Shown here piece after piece: positions 9,549 to 20,286 of a stretch of 39,603 nt of DNA (the stretch's first letter is position 1; each line of letters starts with the position of its first letter). The stretch is from contig DUHK01000056.1 of assembly GCA_013330915.1 (NCBI GenBank), positions 1 to 39,603 on the forward strand, given 5' to 3'. Made by a program: the position numbers and the translations under genes. The notes beneath the pieces are model-generated. The model did no database searches, had not been told where the DNA came from, and saw nothing but the letters and a program-made list of their open reading frames with translations. The stretch is from Methanosphaera sp. GTDB lineage: Archaea; Methanobacteriota; Methanobacteria; Methanobacteriales; Methanobacteriaceae.

Positions 9549-11018
9549 TTATAATAATATTGATTTTAATTCTCTTCTAAGCAATTTCCAGTTGTTTACA
9601 CGAGGCAATTCATCGACAGTAAATATTTTTCTAGGAATTTTATATCTGGCTAAATTATTCTTAGCATATTCAATTAAACCATCTTCATCTTCACCATCTT
9701 TCCATATTACCGCTGCTGCTGGTATTTCACCCCTATGTTCATGAGGAATACTGAATATTGCTATTTCATCAACGGAATCATAGGCAATCAACACTTCTTC
9801 CACTTCTGTAGGATATATTTTCCAACCTGACATGATTATCATGTCTTTTTTACGGTCTGTTATGAACAACCTGTTATTTTCATCAAGATAACCAATATCA
9901 CCGGACAGATACCATCCCTCTGACGTGAAAGTTTCCTTGTTTGCTTCAGGTCGATTCCAATATCCTTTTGCTGTTGACGGTCCCCTTAATGCTATTTCTC
10001 CCTGTTGATTAATGTCAAGTTCAATATTTGGATTTTCAGTATCAACTATTTTTACTTCTGTAAAACATACGGGATGTCCAACACTTTCATATCTATCAGC
10101 TGCAGAATAATCTTCAGGTCTGATAACCGTACCTGTTCCGATGACTATTGTTTCTGATGATCCGTAGGCATTGAGAATTGGTATTCCATATTTTTTGTAG
10201 AATTTTTTCCATGTATCCTGATGTAAAGGACCTCCACCAGATACCATACATTTAACGGAGTATAATTTATTTGAAACCAGATCAGGATTTGAAATTATTG
10301 AATGTATAACAGGAGGCATACCTGTTGCATGCGTAACATTATTTTCATATATTATGTCAAGATATTGCGGAAAAGTATAACTGTTTTTAGTTATACATAG
10401 TGCTGCTGCTCTTAATGCTGATATTGCCCATGAAATACCTACATGTGCCATAGGATAAATGCAAAACATCACACTATCCTGGGTCATTTTTAGGACATCA
10501 CATTCATTTTGTATTGCACTAAACCAGTTACCATGGGTTAACATTGCACCTTTTGGTTTTCCTGTTGTTCCACTAGTGTACTGTAGTTGACATAAATCAT
10601 CCCATGAAGTATTGGCAGCTTCCAATATTTCATCATTTTTATACTCATCCAGAACTGGAATTATATATGTATCGAGTTCCAATTCAGGAATTTTTTCGTC
10701 TGTAATTATTAGTTTTGCTTGAGAATCTTCGGCATAATACTTTAATTCAGGTATTGTGTAAATACGGTTTGTTGGTACGGCAACTGCCCCTATACGCCAC
10801 AATGCTAAAAATGAAAATAGATACTCCGGAGAATTATTTAAATAAATTAAAACCCTGTCCCCTTTTTCTACTCCAAGATCCATTAATTGTCTGCCCAGAT
10901 GTGAAATAATTCCCAGTATGTCCCTTGAATTATATTTTATTCCCCTGTCTATTGAGTAATATACCGGTTTATCCAATCTACATGAGTTTGCATCTAAAAA
11001 AGTTGTTACATTAATCAT
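9549..11018 (-). CDS. AMP-forming acyl-CoA synthetase / class I adenylate-forming enzyme
   Basis: YTSGTTGKPKG, AYGSSE, GWYLSGDIG, DRKKDMI and IYPTEVE motifs. ATG 11018 preferred over TTG 11024. Confidence 0.9.
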   Translation of the reverse strand: MINVTTFLDANSCRLDKPVYYSIDRGIKYNSRDILGIISHLGRQLMDLGVEKGDRVLIYLNNSPEYLFSFLALWRIGAVAVPTNRIYTIPELKYYAEDSQAKLIITDEKIPELELDTYIIPVLDEYKNDEILEAANTSWDDLCQLQYTSGTTGKPKGAMLTHGNWFSAIQNECDVLKMTQDSVMFCIYPMAHVGISWAISALRAAALCITKNSYTFPQYLDIIYENNVTHATGMPPVIHSIISNPDLVSNKLYSVKCMVSGGGPLHQDTWKKFYKKYGIPILNAYGSSETIVIGTGTVIRPEDYSAADRYESVGHPVCFTEVKIVDTENPNIELDINQQGEIALRGPSTAKGYWNRPEANKETFTSEGWYLSGDIGYLDENNRLFITDRKKDMIIMSGWKIYPTEVEEVLIAYDSVDEIAIFSIPHEHRGEIPAAAVIWKDGEDEDGLIEYAKNNLARYKIPRKIFTVDELPRVNNWKLLRRELKSILL

Positions 11019-11128
11019 ATTCAATCCTTCACTTAATATCTATAGTACATATATGTGATTTTTAATATAAACATTTTAAAAAAAACAGTTAGAAAAAAAG
11101 AGAAAAAGGAGATTATAATTTGTCAGGA

Positions 11129-12091
11129 TTAGTAGTATAACTGTGCCAGCCAATCTACACTTAGGTACCTTTCACCTGTATCAGGTAATATTGCTACAAT
11201 AGTTTTTCCCTTATTTTCCGGTCTTTTGGCCAATTCTATTGCTGCGTGTATTGCTGCTCCTGAAGATATTCCTGCAAGGATTCCTTCTTTTTGTGCTAGA
11301 TTGATTGTTCCTTGACCTGCATCTTCGTCAGTTACTGTGATTACTTCATCAACCAGTTCCAAATCAAGATTGTCTGCGACGAATCCCGGACTTATTCCCT
11401 GTATTTTATGTGGTCCTTTCACGCCTTTGGATATAATAGGTGATGATGCAGCTTCCACTACCACAAGTTGGAAGTCCTCTTTTTTAGGTTTGATTGCTCT
11501 TGCAATTCCTGTTGCTGTTCCTCCGGTTCCTGCAGCTGATACTACTATGTCAACATTTCCGTCTGTGTCAGTGTATATTTCTTCTCCGGTTAATATTTCA
11601 TGTATTTTAGGGTTTGCTTTATTTTCAAATTGTTGTAGAATAAAAGAGTTTTCAATTTCTTCATGTGCTTTGTTTGCTTCTTCTATTGCTCCAGGTATAC
11701 CGTTTGATGCTGGTGTTTCAATCAGTTCTGCTCCGAAGATTTTGATTAATTTCTTTCTTTCTTCTGAAAAGTTTTCAGGAAGGAATATTTTTAATTTATA
11801 TCCTTTTGCTGCTGCTGCAAAAGCCAAACCGATTCCTGTATTTCCACTTGTTGGTTCTATAAGTACTGTGTCCTTGTTAATTTTTCCTTCTTTTTCTGCT
11901 TCTTCAATTAATGACACTGCTACCCTATCTTTAACACTGCTAACTGGGTTGAATGATTCAACTTTCACCAATACTTCCGCATCCAAACCTTCTGTTAATT
12001 TGTTTATTTTAACCAATGGAGTATTTCCTATTGTTTCAGTGATATCGTTTGCTATTGGTTTTTTTAGTATTTCTATGTTTTCTATTGCCAT
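11129..12091 (-). CDS. cysK: Cysteine synthase A (O-acetylserine sulfhydrylase)
   Basis: IGNTPLV, SVKDR (PLP lysine), EPTSGNTG, GTGGT, PHKIQG, DTGERYLS. ATG 12091 follows a GGAAGTGA RBS. Confidence 0.96.
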   Translation of the reverse strand: MAIENIEILKKPIANDITETIGNTPLVKINKLTEGLDAEVLVKVESFNPVSSVKDRVAVSLIEEAEKEGKINKDTVLIEPTSGNTGIGLAFAAAAKGYKLKIFLPENFSEERKKLIKIFGAELIETPASNGIPGAIEEANKAHEEIENSFILQQFENKANPKIHEILTGEEIYTDTDGNVDIVVSAAGTGGTATGIARAIKPKKEDFQLVVVEAASSPIISKGVKGPHKIQGISPGFVADNLDLELVDEVITVTDEDAGQGTINLAQKEGILAGISSGAAIHAAIELAKRPENKGKTIVAILPDTGERYLSVDWLAQLYY

Positions 12092-12196
12092 TTTTTTCAC
12101 TTCCTTTTTTTATTATACGTTAATTATTAATTTATTTTTCATTTGTTAAAGTATTATTTTATATAAATTCTTTTTTTAATAAATATAAACATACAT

Positions 12197-12234
12197 AACA
12201 GTGATATAATTTATTAAATTTAAAAATCACTGTT
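12197..12234. promoter_or_regulatory. 9-bp inverted repeat in the cysK/cysE intergenic region
   Basis: AACAGTGAT (12197-12205), 20-nt spacer, ATCACTGTT (12226-12234). Confidence 0.4.
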
Positions 12235-12300
12235 TTAAACTAATTTTGAAAAATTTTATTTTTAATCCCATCATATAATAATTGAATTACATAATATATA

Positions 12301-12320
12301 AATATAACAATTGTTATATT
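12301..12320. promoter_or_regulatory. Perfect 20-bp palindrome upstream of cysE (candidate operator)
   Basis: AATATAACAATTGTTATATT, overlapping a TATA-like TATATAAATA at 12295-12304. Confidence 0.55.
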
Positions 12321-12394
12321 ATTAGTTGAAGAGTATATACATAAATAGAATTAAAAATAAAGATATATAAAGAGATTTAATTTTAAAAAAAAGA

Positions 12395-13120
12395 ATGAAC
12401 GGAATTAAAAATATGTTTGAAGGAATAAAGGAAGACATAAACACTGTTTTCTCAAACGATCCTGCCGCAAAAAGTACTATTGAAGTATTGTTATGCTATC
12501 CAGGATTACATGCCATTTGGTTACATAAAATAGCACATTGGTTCTGGAAAAAAAATCATTACCTGACAGGACGATACATTTCACACATAAACAGATTCTT
12601 AACCGGAATTGAAATACATCCCGGTGCTACAATAGGAAAAAGATTTTTCATAGATCATGGAATGGGAATAGTGATTGGTGAAACAACAATCATAGGTGAT
12701 GATGTACTTTTATATAAGGGTGTGGTACTCGGAGGAACCAGTCTTGAAAAAGAAAAAAGACACCCAACAATAAAAAACAATGTGGTTGTCGGAACAGGAG
12801 CTATAGTACTTGGAGACATAGAAATTGGTGAAAACTGTAAAATAGGAGCAGGATCTGTAGTCACAAAATCAGCACCACCTAACTCAACCATTGTAGGTAT
12901 TCCTGGAAAAACATTAGAATCAATTAAAAATCAAAATAAGAATACACACGATTTAGAACACGGAAAAATACCTGACCCAATTACAGACATACTTAACTCC
13001 ATAATAAAAAGACAGGAAGAAATAGAAAAAATTGTCTTCAACAAAAACTATTCGGAAGAAGATCAAAAAATGATGTACAAGGAACTAAGAGAATTATGTG
13101 ATAGTGATAAAGAGGAATAA
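12395..13120 (+). CDS. cysE: Serine O-acetyltransferase
   Basis: [34 protein letters not shown] and hexapeptide repeats. The real start may be ATG 12413. Confidence 0.96.
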   Translation: MNGIKNMFEGIKEDINTVFSNDPAAKSTIEVLLCYPGLHAIWLHKIAHWFWKKNHYLTGRYISHINRFLTGIEIHPGATIGKRFFIDHGMGIVIGETTIIGDDVLLYKGVVLGGTSLEKEKRHPTIKNNVVVGTGAIVLGDIEIGENCKIGAGSVVTKSAPPNSTIVGIPGKTLESIKNQNKNTHDLEHGKIPDPITDILNSIIKRQEEIEKIVFNKNYSEEDQKMMYKELRELCDSDKEE

Positions 13121-13126
13121 TCCTCT

Positions 13127-13591
13127 TTATTTAAAATTTACATTTATACTACCTGTACCATTAGAATACTTAATATATTTAACCTCCGTATTATGATACC
13201 ACGACTTTTTTAAATAGACATAATGATTATTAACATGTCCATTAAAACTCACATCACATGGAACTTCAACATTCAACTTCTTTACGGAACTATCAGAAAA
13301 TGTTAATGTAGTCGACAGAAACTTTTTATCAGCATTTTCAACATAAAACAATTTCATATCACAGGGTACGAATACACTGATTCTACGTTTAGATTCAACA
13401 TCCAATGAATATACCAGTTTAATATTCTTTTGAATTTCCACTAACAAACTTTTTATTTCAATTGCAGTTATTACATCATTTGAAGTTTCCACCGCATTGA
13501 ATATTAATGGAATAGTGATAATGGATAAAATCATCAAAAATACAAAAAACATCAACAAATATTCCAATGCCACTTGTCCTTTACTATCCAT
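13127..13591 (-). CDS. Class III signal-peptide (type IV pilin-like) protein
   Basis: MDSKG/QVALEYLL: Gln at +1, Glu at +5, then a hydrophobic helix. TGATG overlap with the peptidase gene. Confidence 0.85.
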   Translation of the reverse strand: MDSKGQVALEYLLMFFVFLMILSIITIPLIFNAVETSNDVITAIEIKSLLVEIQKNIKLVYSLDVESKRRISVFVPCDMKLFYVENADKKFLSTTLTFSDSSVKKLNVEVPCDVSFNGHVNNHYVYLKKSWYHNTEVKYIKYSNGTGSINVNFK

Positions 13592-14706
13592 CAGATCATC
13601 CCCAGGAATAATAAGATTAATTCATAAGTATTTCCTATACATATTGTAATTAATAACCCCGCGAATATGAAAGGAGCAAATGACAATCCATCCTTAATTT
13701 TAACAACATCCTTTTCATAATTATTTTTTATTAAAAGTATGTCTCGCGAAGACAAACCTGCAGACTTCATACCACAAATCAGATTTTTTTCTGCTTTATT
13801 TAAAAAAATATCCCTCATGTTCTGGAGGGTAGTATTTTTTTTGAATAAATATCGGCCATTTTCATAATAGAAGGGATATGCTAAAATCATTCCTTCCATT
13901 AACTCATTCTTATCAACATCCCTTGTAAAGACATCCCTGAATATTCCCATTCGAATAGTATTTCTTATGCTTATCAAAATCATCAGAATAATAAATTCAC
14001 ATGTGTAACTTATAATCGTATATGATAAGAATTCCTTAATTAACACAAGTAGAGACAAAATTAATAAAAAGAAATCATGTTTCATTACTTTAATCAGTAT
14101 ACCTGTAACAACCAGTAAAAAAATGATTTTTAAGAATATGTCATATACATTCAATTGTTGAATAATATCATATGAAATTATAAGTGAATTTAATGAAAGG
14201 AATACCTCCTTATAATTCAAAGTCTTCTTTAAATCATTGATTAAATAAGGTTTATCATTAATTATTTTGATTAATACAATTATCATTATCACGGGAACTA
14301 TTGCCAGAACACTATTGAAAATTAACAAAAATGTTGGAATTTTAAATGATCCCAGATTAAAGGGCAATACAAGATTCAGACAGACATAAGTCGGGATGAC
14401 TTCTAAAAATTCAGGTATGAAAATAGTAGATACTGCCGTCAACAGTTTTACATCCCCTCCTGCCCATACTCCAAAATGCCATAAAATGTATGAGAAGACA
14501 AAAACAAGGATTATTGAAAGATAATAAAAATAATTAAAAACATGTATTATCTGGAAATAAATTGTAACCAGGACTATTCCCGTAAAAAACAGGAATACAT
14601 TCAATTTATTTGGTATGATCTGGTGTTTTACATCAGTATATGTTGCAATTAAACAACATATAATTACTAAAAATAATGCTAAAATCTTGATATAATCTAA
14701 ATTCAT
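13591..14706 (-). CDS. A24 prepilin peptidase (EppA-like)
   Basis: Catalytic aspartates in TYTDVK and AGGDVK, multiple TMs, C-terminal SFAPFI; adjacent to a QxxxE pilin-like gene. Confidence 0.88.
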   Translation of the reverse strand: MNLDYIKILALFLVIICCLIATYTDVKHQIIPNKLNVFLFFTGIVLVTIYFQIIHVFNYFYYLSIILVFVFSYILWHFGVWAGGDVKLLTAVSTIFIPEFLEVIPTYVCLNLVLPFNLGSFKIPTFLLIFNSVLAIVPVIMIIVLIKIINDKPYLINDLKKTLNYKEVFLSLNSLIISYDIIQQLNVYDIFLKIIFLLVVTGILIKVMKHDFFLLILSLLVLIKEFLSYTIISYTCEFIILMILISIRNTIRMGIFRDVFTRDVDKNELMEGMILAYPFYYENGRYLFKKNTTLQNMRDIFLNKAEKNLICGMKSAGLSSRDILLIKNNYEKDVVKIKDGLSFAPFIFAGLLITICIGNTYELILLFLGMI

Positions 14707-14736
14707 AATATATTTCTAAAAAAAAGGGAAGAAGGA

Positions 14737-16338
14737 TTAATTATTGTTTTCTTTTTTATCCTTTGCTGCTTTAATGAAAGATTTGAATATTGGATGAGGA
14801 GAATTTGGTCTTGATTTAAATTCAGGATGGAATTGACATCCCAAGAACCATGGATGATCCTTAAGTTCAATCATTTCAACCAGGAAATCATCAGGAGAAG
14901 TACCTGAAATAACTGCACCATAATCTGTTAAAACATCACGGTATTCATTATTCACTTCATACCTATGTCTGTGTCTTTCTGATACTTGTTCTTCCTTATA
15001 AGCTTCGTATGCTATAGTATCTTTTTTAACTGTACATGGATATGCACCCAACCTCATGGTACCACCCATATTGTTGATTTTCTTTTGTTCTTCCATCATA
15101 TCAATTACAGGACAGGAACAATCCTCTTCAAACTCCGTACTGTTAGCATCAGGATGACCATTCAATTGTGCGATGGCAATTGACATTGCATGTAAACCTA
15201 AACAGATACCGAAAATTGGAATCTTATTGTGAATAGCATATTTCACTGTTTCTATTTTTCCGGAAATACCTCTTTCACCGAATCCTCCAGGTATTAACAA
15301 TCCATCATATTTTGACAGAGTGTCCAAATTAAAGTCATTATCTGCTTTAATCCAGTCAATTTCTACCTGAACCTTATTTGCTGCACCGGCATGTTTTAGA
15401 GCTTCTCTTATACTTATATATGCATCTTCCAATTCAATGTACTTTCCAACCACACCAATTTTAACCTTAGGTGACTCGATTTTTAAATCTTCAACGATTT
15501 GACTCCATTCATATAAGTCTGCCTTGTCAGGAACTTCTAATCCTAAACGATTTAAAACTATTTGTCCGACATTTTCAGCATACATCGTTAAAGGAACTTC
15601 ATAAATTGAATGAGCATCAGGGGTATTAATAACTGCCTCCTTAGGTACATCACAGAAATGAGCAATTTTTTCTTTAAGATTATCATCGAGCAGTAATTCT
15701 GATCTGCAAACAATCATGTCCGGATTTATACCTAGACCTCTAAGTTCCTTAGTACTGTGTTGTGTTGGTTTGGTCTTAAATTCCTTTGCAGCTTTAAGAT
15801 ATGGAACATATGTTACATGTACGAACATACAATTTTCATGTCCTTCCTCATTTTTTAGTTGGCGAACAGCTTCTATAAACGGTTGACTTTCTATGTCACC
15901 CACTGTTCCTCCGACTTCAAGCATTACAACTTCTGCTCTTGTTTTCTTTGCGACGTTTCTTATCATTAATTTAATTTCATCAGTGATATGTGGAATAATC
16001 TGCACACATGACCCCAGATATTCCCCTTTTCTTTCTTTTTCTATTACTGAGGAATATACTTTTCCTGTTGTGATGTTTGCCTTTCCTGATAGTTCAGTAT
16101 CGAGGAATCTTTCATAATGACCTAAATCAAGGTCACATTCCATTCCATCGTCGGTTACATAAACTTCTCCATGTTGATATGGGTTTAATGTTCCAGAATC
16201 CCAATTTAAATATGGGTCTATTTTTATTGCTGTTACATTAACACCATATGATCTTAATATTCTTCCTATAGATGCTGATGTAATTCCTTTTCCAATGGAA
16301 CTTACAACACCACCCGTAACTACAATATATTTTGACAA
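14737..16338 (-). CDS. pyrG: CTP synthase
   Basis: [38 protein letters not shown]. Confidence 0.99.
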   Translation of the reverse strand: MSKYIVVTGGVVSSIGKGITSASIGRILRSYGVNVTAIKIDPYLNWDSGTLNPYQHGEVYVTDDGMECDLDLGHYERFLDTELSGKANITTGKVYSSVIEKERKGEYLGSCVQIIPHITDEIKLMIRNVAKKTRAEVVMLEVGGTVGDIESQPFIEAVRQLKNEEGHENCMFVHVTYVPYLKAAKEFKTKPTQHSTKELRGLGINPDMIVCRSELLLDDNLKEKIAHFCDVPKEAVINTPDAHSIYEVPLTMYAENVGQIVLNRLGLEVPDKADLYEWSQIVEDLKIESPKVKIGVVGKYIELEDAYISIREALKHAGAANKVQVEIDWIKADNDFNLDTLSKYDGLLIPGGFGERGISGKIETVKYAIHNKIPIFGICLGLHAMSIAIAQLNGHPDANSTEFEEDCSCPVIDMMEEQKKINNMGGTMRLGAYPCTVKKDTIAYEAYKEEQVSERHRHRYEVNNEYRDVLTDYGAVISGTSPDDFLVEMIELKDHPWFLGCQFHPEFKSRPNSPHPIFKSFIKAAKDKKENNN

Positions 16339-16627
16339 TTTACCATTCTTCCCTATAAAATGTTATAAAATTATCAATATAATTATCATATATTAAACAA
16401 TATAATAATAATTATTTTATAATTTATTTAATTTACAATATAAATATTTATAAATTCTTTAAAAAATTTAATATAGAACTAATTATGTTTTTAATCTTAT
16501 TTAGAGTTTTCATTTTAAAAATAATTACTTCCAAATAAACAACTAAACAAAAAGCAAATTATTTAAAAATTATTAATAAAATTACATATTTCATCTAATA
16601 AAACTATTAAAAGAACACATATTAAAT

Positions 16628-16654
16628 TAATTGTTGAAAAATTTTCAACAATTA
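16628..16654. promoter_or_regulatory. Perfect 13-bp inverted repeat abutting the padR TATA box (candidate operator)
   Basis: TAATTGTTGAAAA-A-TTTTCAACAATTA followed by TATATAAA (16653-16660). Confidence 0.65.
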
Positions 16655-16682
16655 TATAAATAGTTAAAACATATAATATACT

Positions 16683-17120
16683 ATGAAAGATATAACTGAC
16701 ATTGAACATATCAATAATGAATATGAAGAAACTCTCTTAATGTTAAAAGATAATGGAATTATATATAAAGGCGCAAGCAAAGCTTTTTCAACATTTTTAG
16801 TATTATGGTTTTTATCTAAACAGGACATGCATGGATATATGCTGATGAAAAAGATTGATGAATTTTTCATCCCACAAATAGAAATAGGATTGATGAAATC
16901 CACAAAAGCAAATAAAATTTATCCACTGTTGAAAACCATGAAAGAAGATGGATTGATTGAATCATATAATGGAATTCATAAAAAGAAAGAAGTTAAAATA
17001 TACCGTTTAACCAGCCACGGATTAAAATTATACAAGTTAATTCAAAAAGAGTTCACATTCAACAAAAAAAGAAAAATTTGGAGAGAGTTGTTCGCCGATT
17101 TAAACATTATCGAAAATTAA
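16683..17120 (+). CDS. PadR-family transcriptional regulator
   Basis: MHGYMLMKKI, IYPLLKTMKEDGLI and KIYRLTSHG winged-helix motifs. Confidence 0.88.
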   Translation: MKDITDIEHINNEYEETLLMLKDNGIIYKGASKAFSTFLVLWFLSKQDMHGYMLMKKIDEFFIPQIEIGLMKSTKANKIYPLLKTMKEDGLIESYNGIHKKKEVKIYRLTSHGLKLYKLIQKEFTFNKKRKIWRELFADLNIIEN

Positions 17121-17133
17121 ACAATCACTTTTT

Positions 17134-18333
17134 TTATTCTTTACTAATTTTTATCATTTCACTAAGTAAAGTATGTCCTATGATAGTGTCATACTTACCT
17201 TTGGACATGTCTTCAGAGTAAAATTCAGTTGCATCAGGTTCCTTAATATTTGTGGAATATATTGCAAATGGAATTGGAGTCATGGTGTGTGTTTTTATAT
17301 CGATTGGAGTTGGATGATCCGGCAATACTGCAATTGTGTACTCAGGATCTATTTCAGGCAATTCTTTTAATAGTTTTTCAAGGATAATACTGTCAATATT
17401 TTCTATTGCCCTTATTTTTTCTGGTAAATTACCTTCATGACCTGCTTCATCAGGTGCTTCTATATGAATAAACTGCACATCATGTGTTTTTAAAGATTCC
17501 AATGCATAATTTACCTTGTTTTCATAGTTGGTATCGAAATATGCTGTTGCACCAGGCACTTCTATTACATCCAAATCAATATAGGTACTTATACCTTTTA
17601 ATAAGTCAACACCAGTTATTGTTGCTCCGGACATATTGTATTTTTCTGGGAAGTTACCTATTACAGGTTTTGCACCTTGTCCCCATAACCAGATCATGTT
17701 TGCAGGTAATTTGCCTTCTTTAATTCTTTTTTGGTTTACAGGATGATTTTCCAGCACTTCTGTTGAATCTCTCATTAGTTGATTGATAAGTTGTGATTTT
17801 TCATTATCTGGTTTTAAATAATGTTCTTCTGCACATTGACCTACAACATCATGTGGTGGGGTTGATTTTAATTCTTCCATTTCCAAATCTTCAATAACAA
17901 ACAGGTTTCTGTAACTGACTCCAGGATAAAAAGTACCTAAGTCACCGAAGCTTTCGTTCAATGCTTCTATTAACTCTGCTGCTTCTTCGGATGAAATGTG
18001 GTCTGCGGTAAAATCGTTTATTTTTCCATCTTTAACATTGATGAAGTTTAATCTGAAAGCAACGTCATTATCTCCGAGAGATACACCCACACTTGGAGCT
18101 TCCAATGGTCCTCGTCCTTTTAACATTGATGGATCAAAACCCATGATTGATGTGTTTGCCACATCTGAACCCGGAGTCATGCCGTCCGGAACATTCTTTG
18201 CCAAACCTGTATAACCATTTTTTGCTATGAAATCCATGTTTGGAGTATTTGCTTCGACAACGGGAGTTTTTCCGTTTAATTGTTCTAATGGCTCATCAGC
18301 CATTCCGTCTGCTATTACTATTACATATTTCAT
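17134..18333 (-). CDS. apgM: Cofactor-independent phosphoglycerate mutase (ApgM family)
   Basis: DGMADEP, TPNMD, PGSDVAN, GRGPLEA, EAPDEAGH, PDHPTP. ATG 18333 preferred over GTG 18342. Confidence 0.92.
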   Translation of the reverse strand: MKYVIVIADGMADEPLEQLNGKTPVVEANTPNMDFIAKNGYTGLAKNVPDGMTPGSDVANTSIMGFDPSMLKGRGPLEAPSVGVSLGDNDVAFRLNFINVKDGKINDFTADHISSEEAAELIEALNESFGDLGTFYPGVSYRNLFVIEDLEMEELKSTPPHDVVGQCAEEHYLKPDNEKSQLINQLMRDSTEVLENHPVNQKRIKEGKLPANMIWLWGQGAKPVIGNFPEKYNMSGATITGVDLLKGISTYIDLDVIEVPGATAYFDTNYENKVNYALESLKTHDVQFIHIEAPDEAGHEGNLPEKIRAIENIDSIILEKLLKELPEIDPEYTIAVLPDHPTPIDIKTHTMTPIPFAIYSTNIKEPDATEFYSEDMSKGKYDTIIGHTLLSEMIKISKE

Positions 18334-18407
18334 TTTAATCACGTGCTTTTATTATTTTTTATATTATGTTTAATAACTAATAAAAATTTCTAAATTTTTA
18401 GGCTTAC

Positions 18408-19178
18408 TTAAATTGTATGTACATGTCCACAGGTACAATGTTCTTCACTGAAAGGATCACCAGACAAATTCCAATCAATATCATTATAATTTTCATAAAC
18501 AGGTACAAGAACATCCCTAAGTTCCATCACGGCAAGACCCAATAAATTTTTTCCTACATATTTGCCGTCGTCTGTTTGCTCAACTCCCCATTCAAGGTTA
18601 TTGCTTTTGAAAACTATTATATTGTTTTTAGTCTTAATAACTTCCTTTATAAAATTTATATCAGTGACAAATTTGTAATACACGGCATTTAAAAGAACTG
18701 TATACTTCAACTCTTCCCATAATTGTGGAGATTTTTCACTTAACTGGGATTCTGCTAATTCCAGTATCTCATTGGCAGAAGAATAAGCATTAGTTCCAAT
18801 ATGGATATGTGTTGATTTATCAGACAGCAATGAATCAAACATGAAAATAATGTTTTTGTTTTCATTCACATCAATGTCATACTTTGGTTTTGCATCTTCC
18901 CTCCACAACTTGATAAATAATGGTTTTGATGAAGAAGTAAGATAATCCCTAGCTTGCTGACTAAGTGATTCATCAGGAGTTAAATCCTCAGTAAATGTAG
19001 GAGCCTTTGGAAAAACTTTCAAGTATTCGTCCATATCATCTACATTTTTCCTATAAGTCAAAAGATATTCAGCACCGGTGCCTGTTTTCCAAAATGAAGA
19101 TTGTTCAGGATAAGTCGGATATTTAATCCATGGTGGTGCTATATATTTTCCATCACGAACAGTCATACTAATTACCAT
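18408..19178 (-). CDS. NADAR (YbiA-like) domain protein, degenerate, with an N-terminal PPWIKYP domain
   Basis: C-terminal W..LKY.V...A.YYKF, WG and GKNLLGLAVMELRD motifs match the NADAR C-terminal half. Confidence 0.7.
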   Translation of the reverse strand: MVISMTVRDGKYIAPPWIKYPTYPEQSSFWKTGTGAEYLLTYRKNVDDMDEYLKVFPKAPTFTEDLTPDESLSQQARDYLTSSSKPLFIKLWREDAKPKYDIDVNENKNIIFMFDSLLSDKSTHIHIGTNAYSSANEILELAESQLSEKSPQLWEELKYTVLLNAVYYKFVTDINFIKEVIKTKNNIIVFKSNNLEWGVEQTDDGKYVGKNLLGLAVMELRDVLVPVYENYNDIDWNLSGDPFSEEHCTCGHVHTI

Positions 19179-19239
19179 AATATCCCCTCGATAATTCTAT
19201 AATAATTTTTTAAAAAAAAAGTGAAGCAGAAACTAATAC

Positions 19240-20271
19240 CTAATTGGCATTAGCTTTTCCAATACTTATGATGTCACTGAGAATTGCTGATGCTGTTTCT
19301 ATTGAACCTGCACCTACACCAACTACCATCACATCATCCGCTAAATCTGTTTTGAAATTGATTACATTTAAAGTTCCATTTACTGCAAATGGTGAACCTT
19401 GTTTAACCAACATCGGAGCAACTGTAATTTTACCATCTTTTGCTTCTGCAACTAATTTTATAAGATACCCATCCTTAAGAGCTAGTTGAACGGCATTGGA
19501 CGTAATGCTGGATATTCCATGTAATGAAACATCTTTTAAAGTTACATCCCAACCCATCAGAGCATTTGCTATGATTACAATTTTACAAGCTGCATCCAAT
19601 CCTTCAACATCCTGATAAGGATTTGTTTCTGCTATACCCAATTCCTGAGCTTCTTTTAATGTTGGTTCGTATTCCGTTCCTTCATTAGCCATACGGGATA
19701 GGATATAATTTGTAGTACCATTTAATATTCCCTGAACTGATTCAATCTTATTACCGGCCAATGATTGACGGGCAGTATTGATAACTGGCATAGCTCCACC
19801 TACAGATGCTTCAAACCTAAATTTAACGTTGTTTTCTTTTGCAGCATCAATTAATGTTTTAAAGTTCAAAGCCAATGGACCCTTATTTGAAGTTACCACA
19901 TCTTTCTTATCGTTCATTGCTTTTAATATGTTTGATTGGGTTGGTTCACCATCATCAATATTTGTTGGTGTAGCCTCAACAAGACAGTCATATTCGGCTA
20001 AATCCAATACTTCCAATCCATCCACATCACTTACCCCGAATTCAGGGTAGTCTTTTATTTTTCCACTTTGTTCCTTGGTATCCAAAGCCAGTTGTAAGTC
20101 CAAACCATCAGGATTAATTGCTGCTCCAGACCTGTCTGCAATTGCAGTTATCTGAAGATCCAAACCGTATCTTTCAATTAATTCATCATGTTTATTCTTT
20201 ACAACATTGGCTACTCCCTGTCCAACTGCTCCAAAACCAAGAACACATAATCTCATTTTATTTACAGCCAT
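19240..20271 (-). CDS. hom: Homoserine dehydrogenase
   Basis: [52 protein letters not shown]. Confidence 0.97.
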   Translation of the reverse strand: MAVNKMRLCVLGFGAVGQGVANVVKNKHDELIERYGLDLQITAIADRSGAAINPDGLDLQLALDTKEQSGKIKDYPEFGVSDVDGLEVLDLAEYDCLVEATPTNIDDGEPTQSNILKAMNDKKDVVTSNKGPLALNFKTLIDAAKENNVKFRFEASVGGAMPVINTARQSLAGNKIESVQGILNGTTNYILSRMANEGTEYEPTLKEAQELGIAETNPYQDVEGLDAACKIVIIANALMGWDVTLKDVSLHGISSITSNAVQLALKDGYLIKLVAEAKDGKITVAPMLVKQGSPFAVNGTLNVINFKTDLADDVMVVGVGAGSIETASAILSDIISIGKANAN

Positions 20272-20286
20272 TGAATTAATCTCCCT

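Noticed and set aside
11337..12149. 270-aa ORF antisense to cysK
   Set aside because: Codon-register mirror of cysK with Ser/Phe/Ile-rich composition and no motifs.
16340..16625. Long AT-rich gap as a possible ncRNA or IS remnant
   Set aside because: No GC-rich stems, terminal repeats or ORF remnants seen; consistent with divergent promoter DNA.
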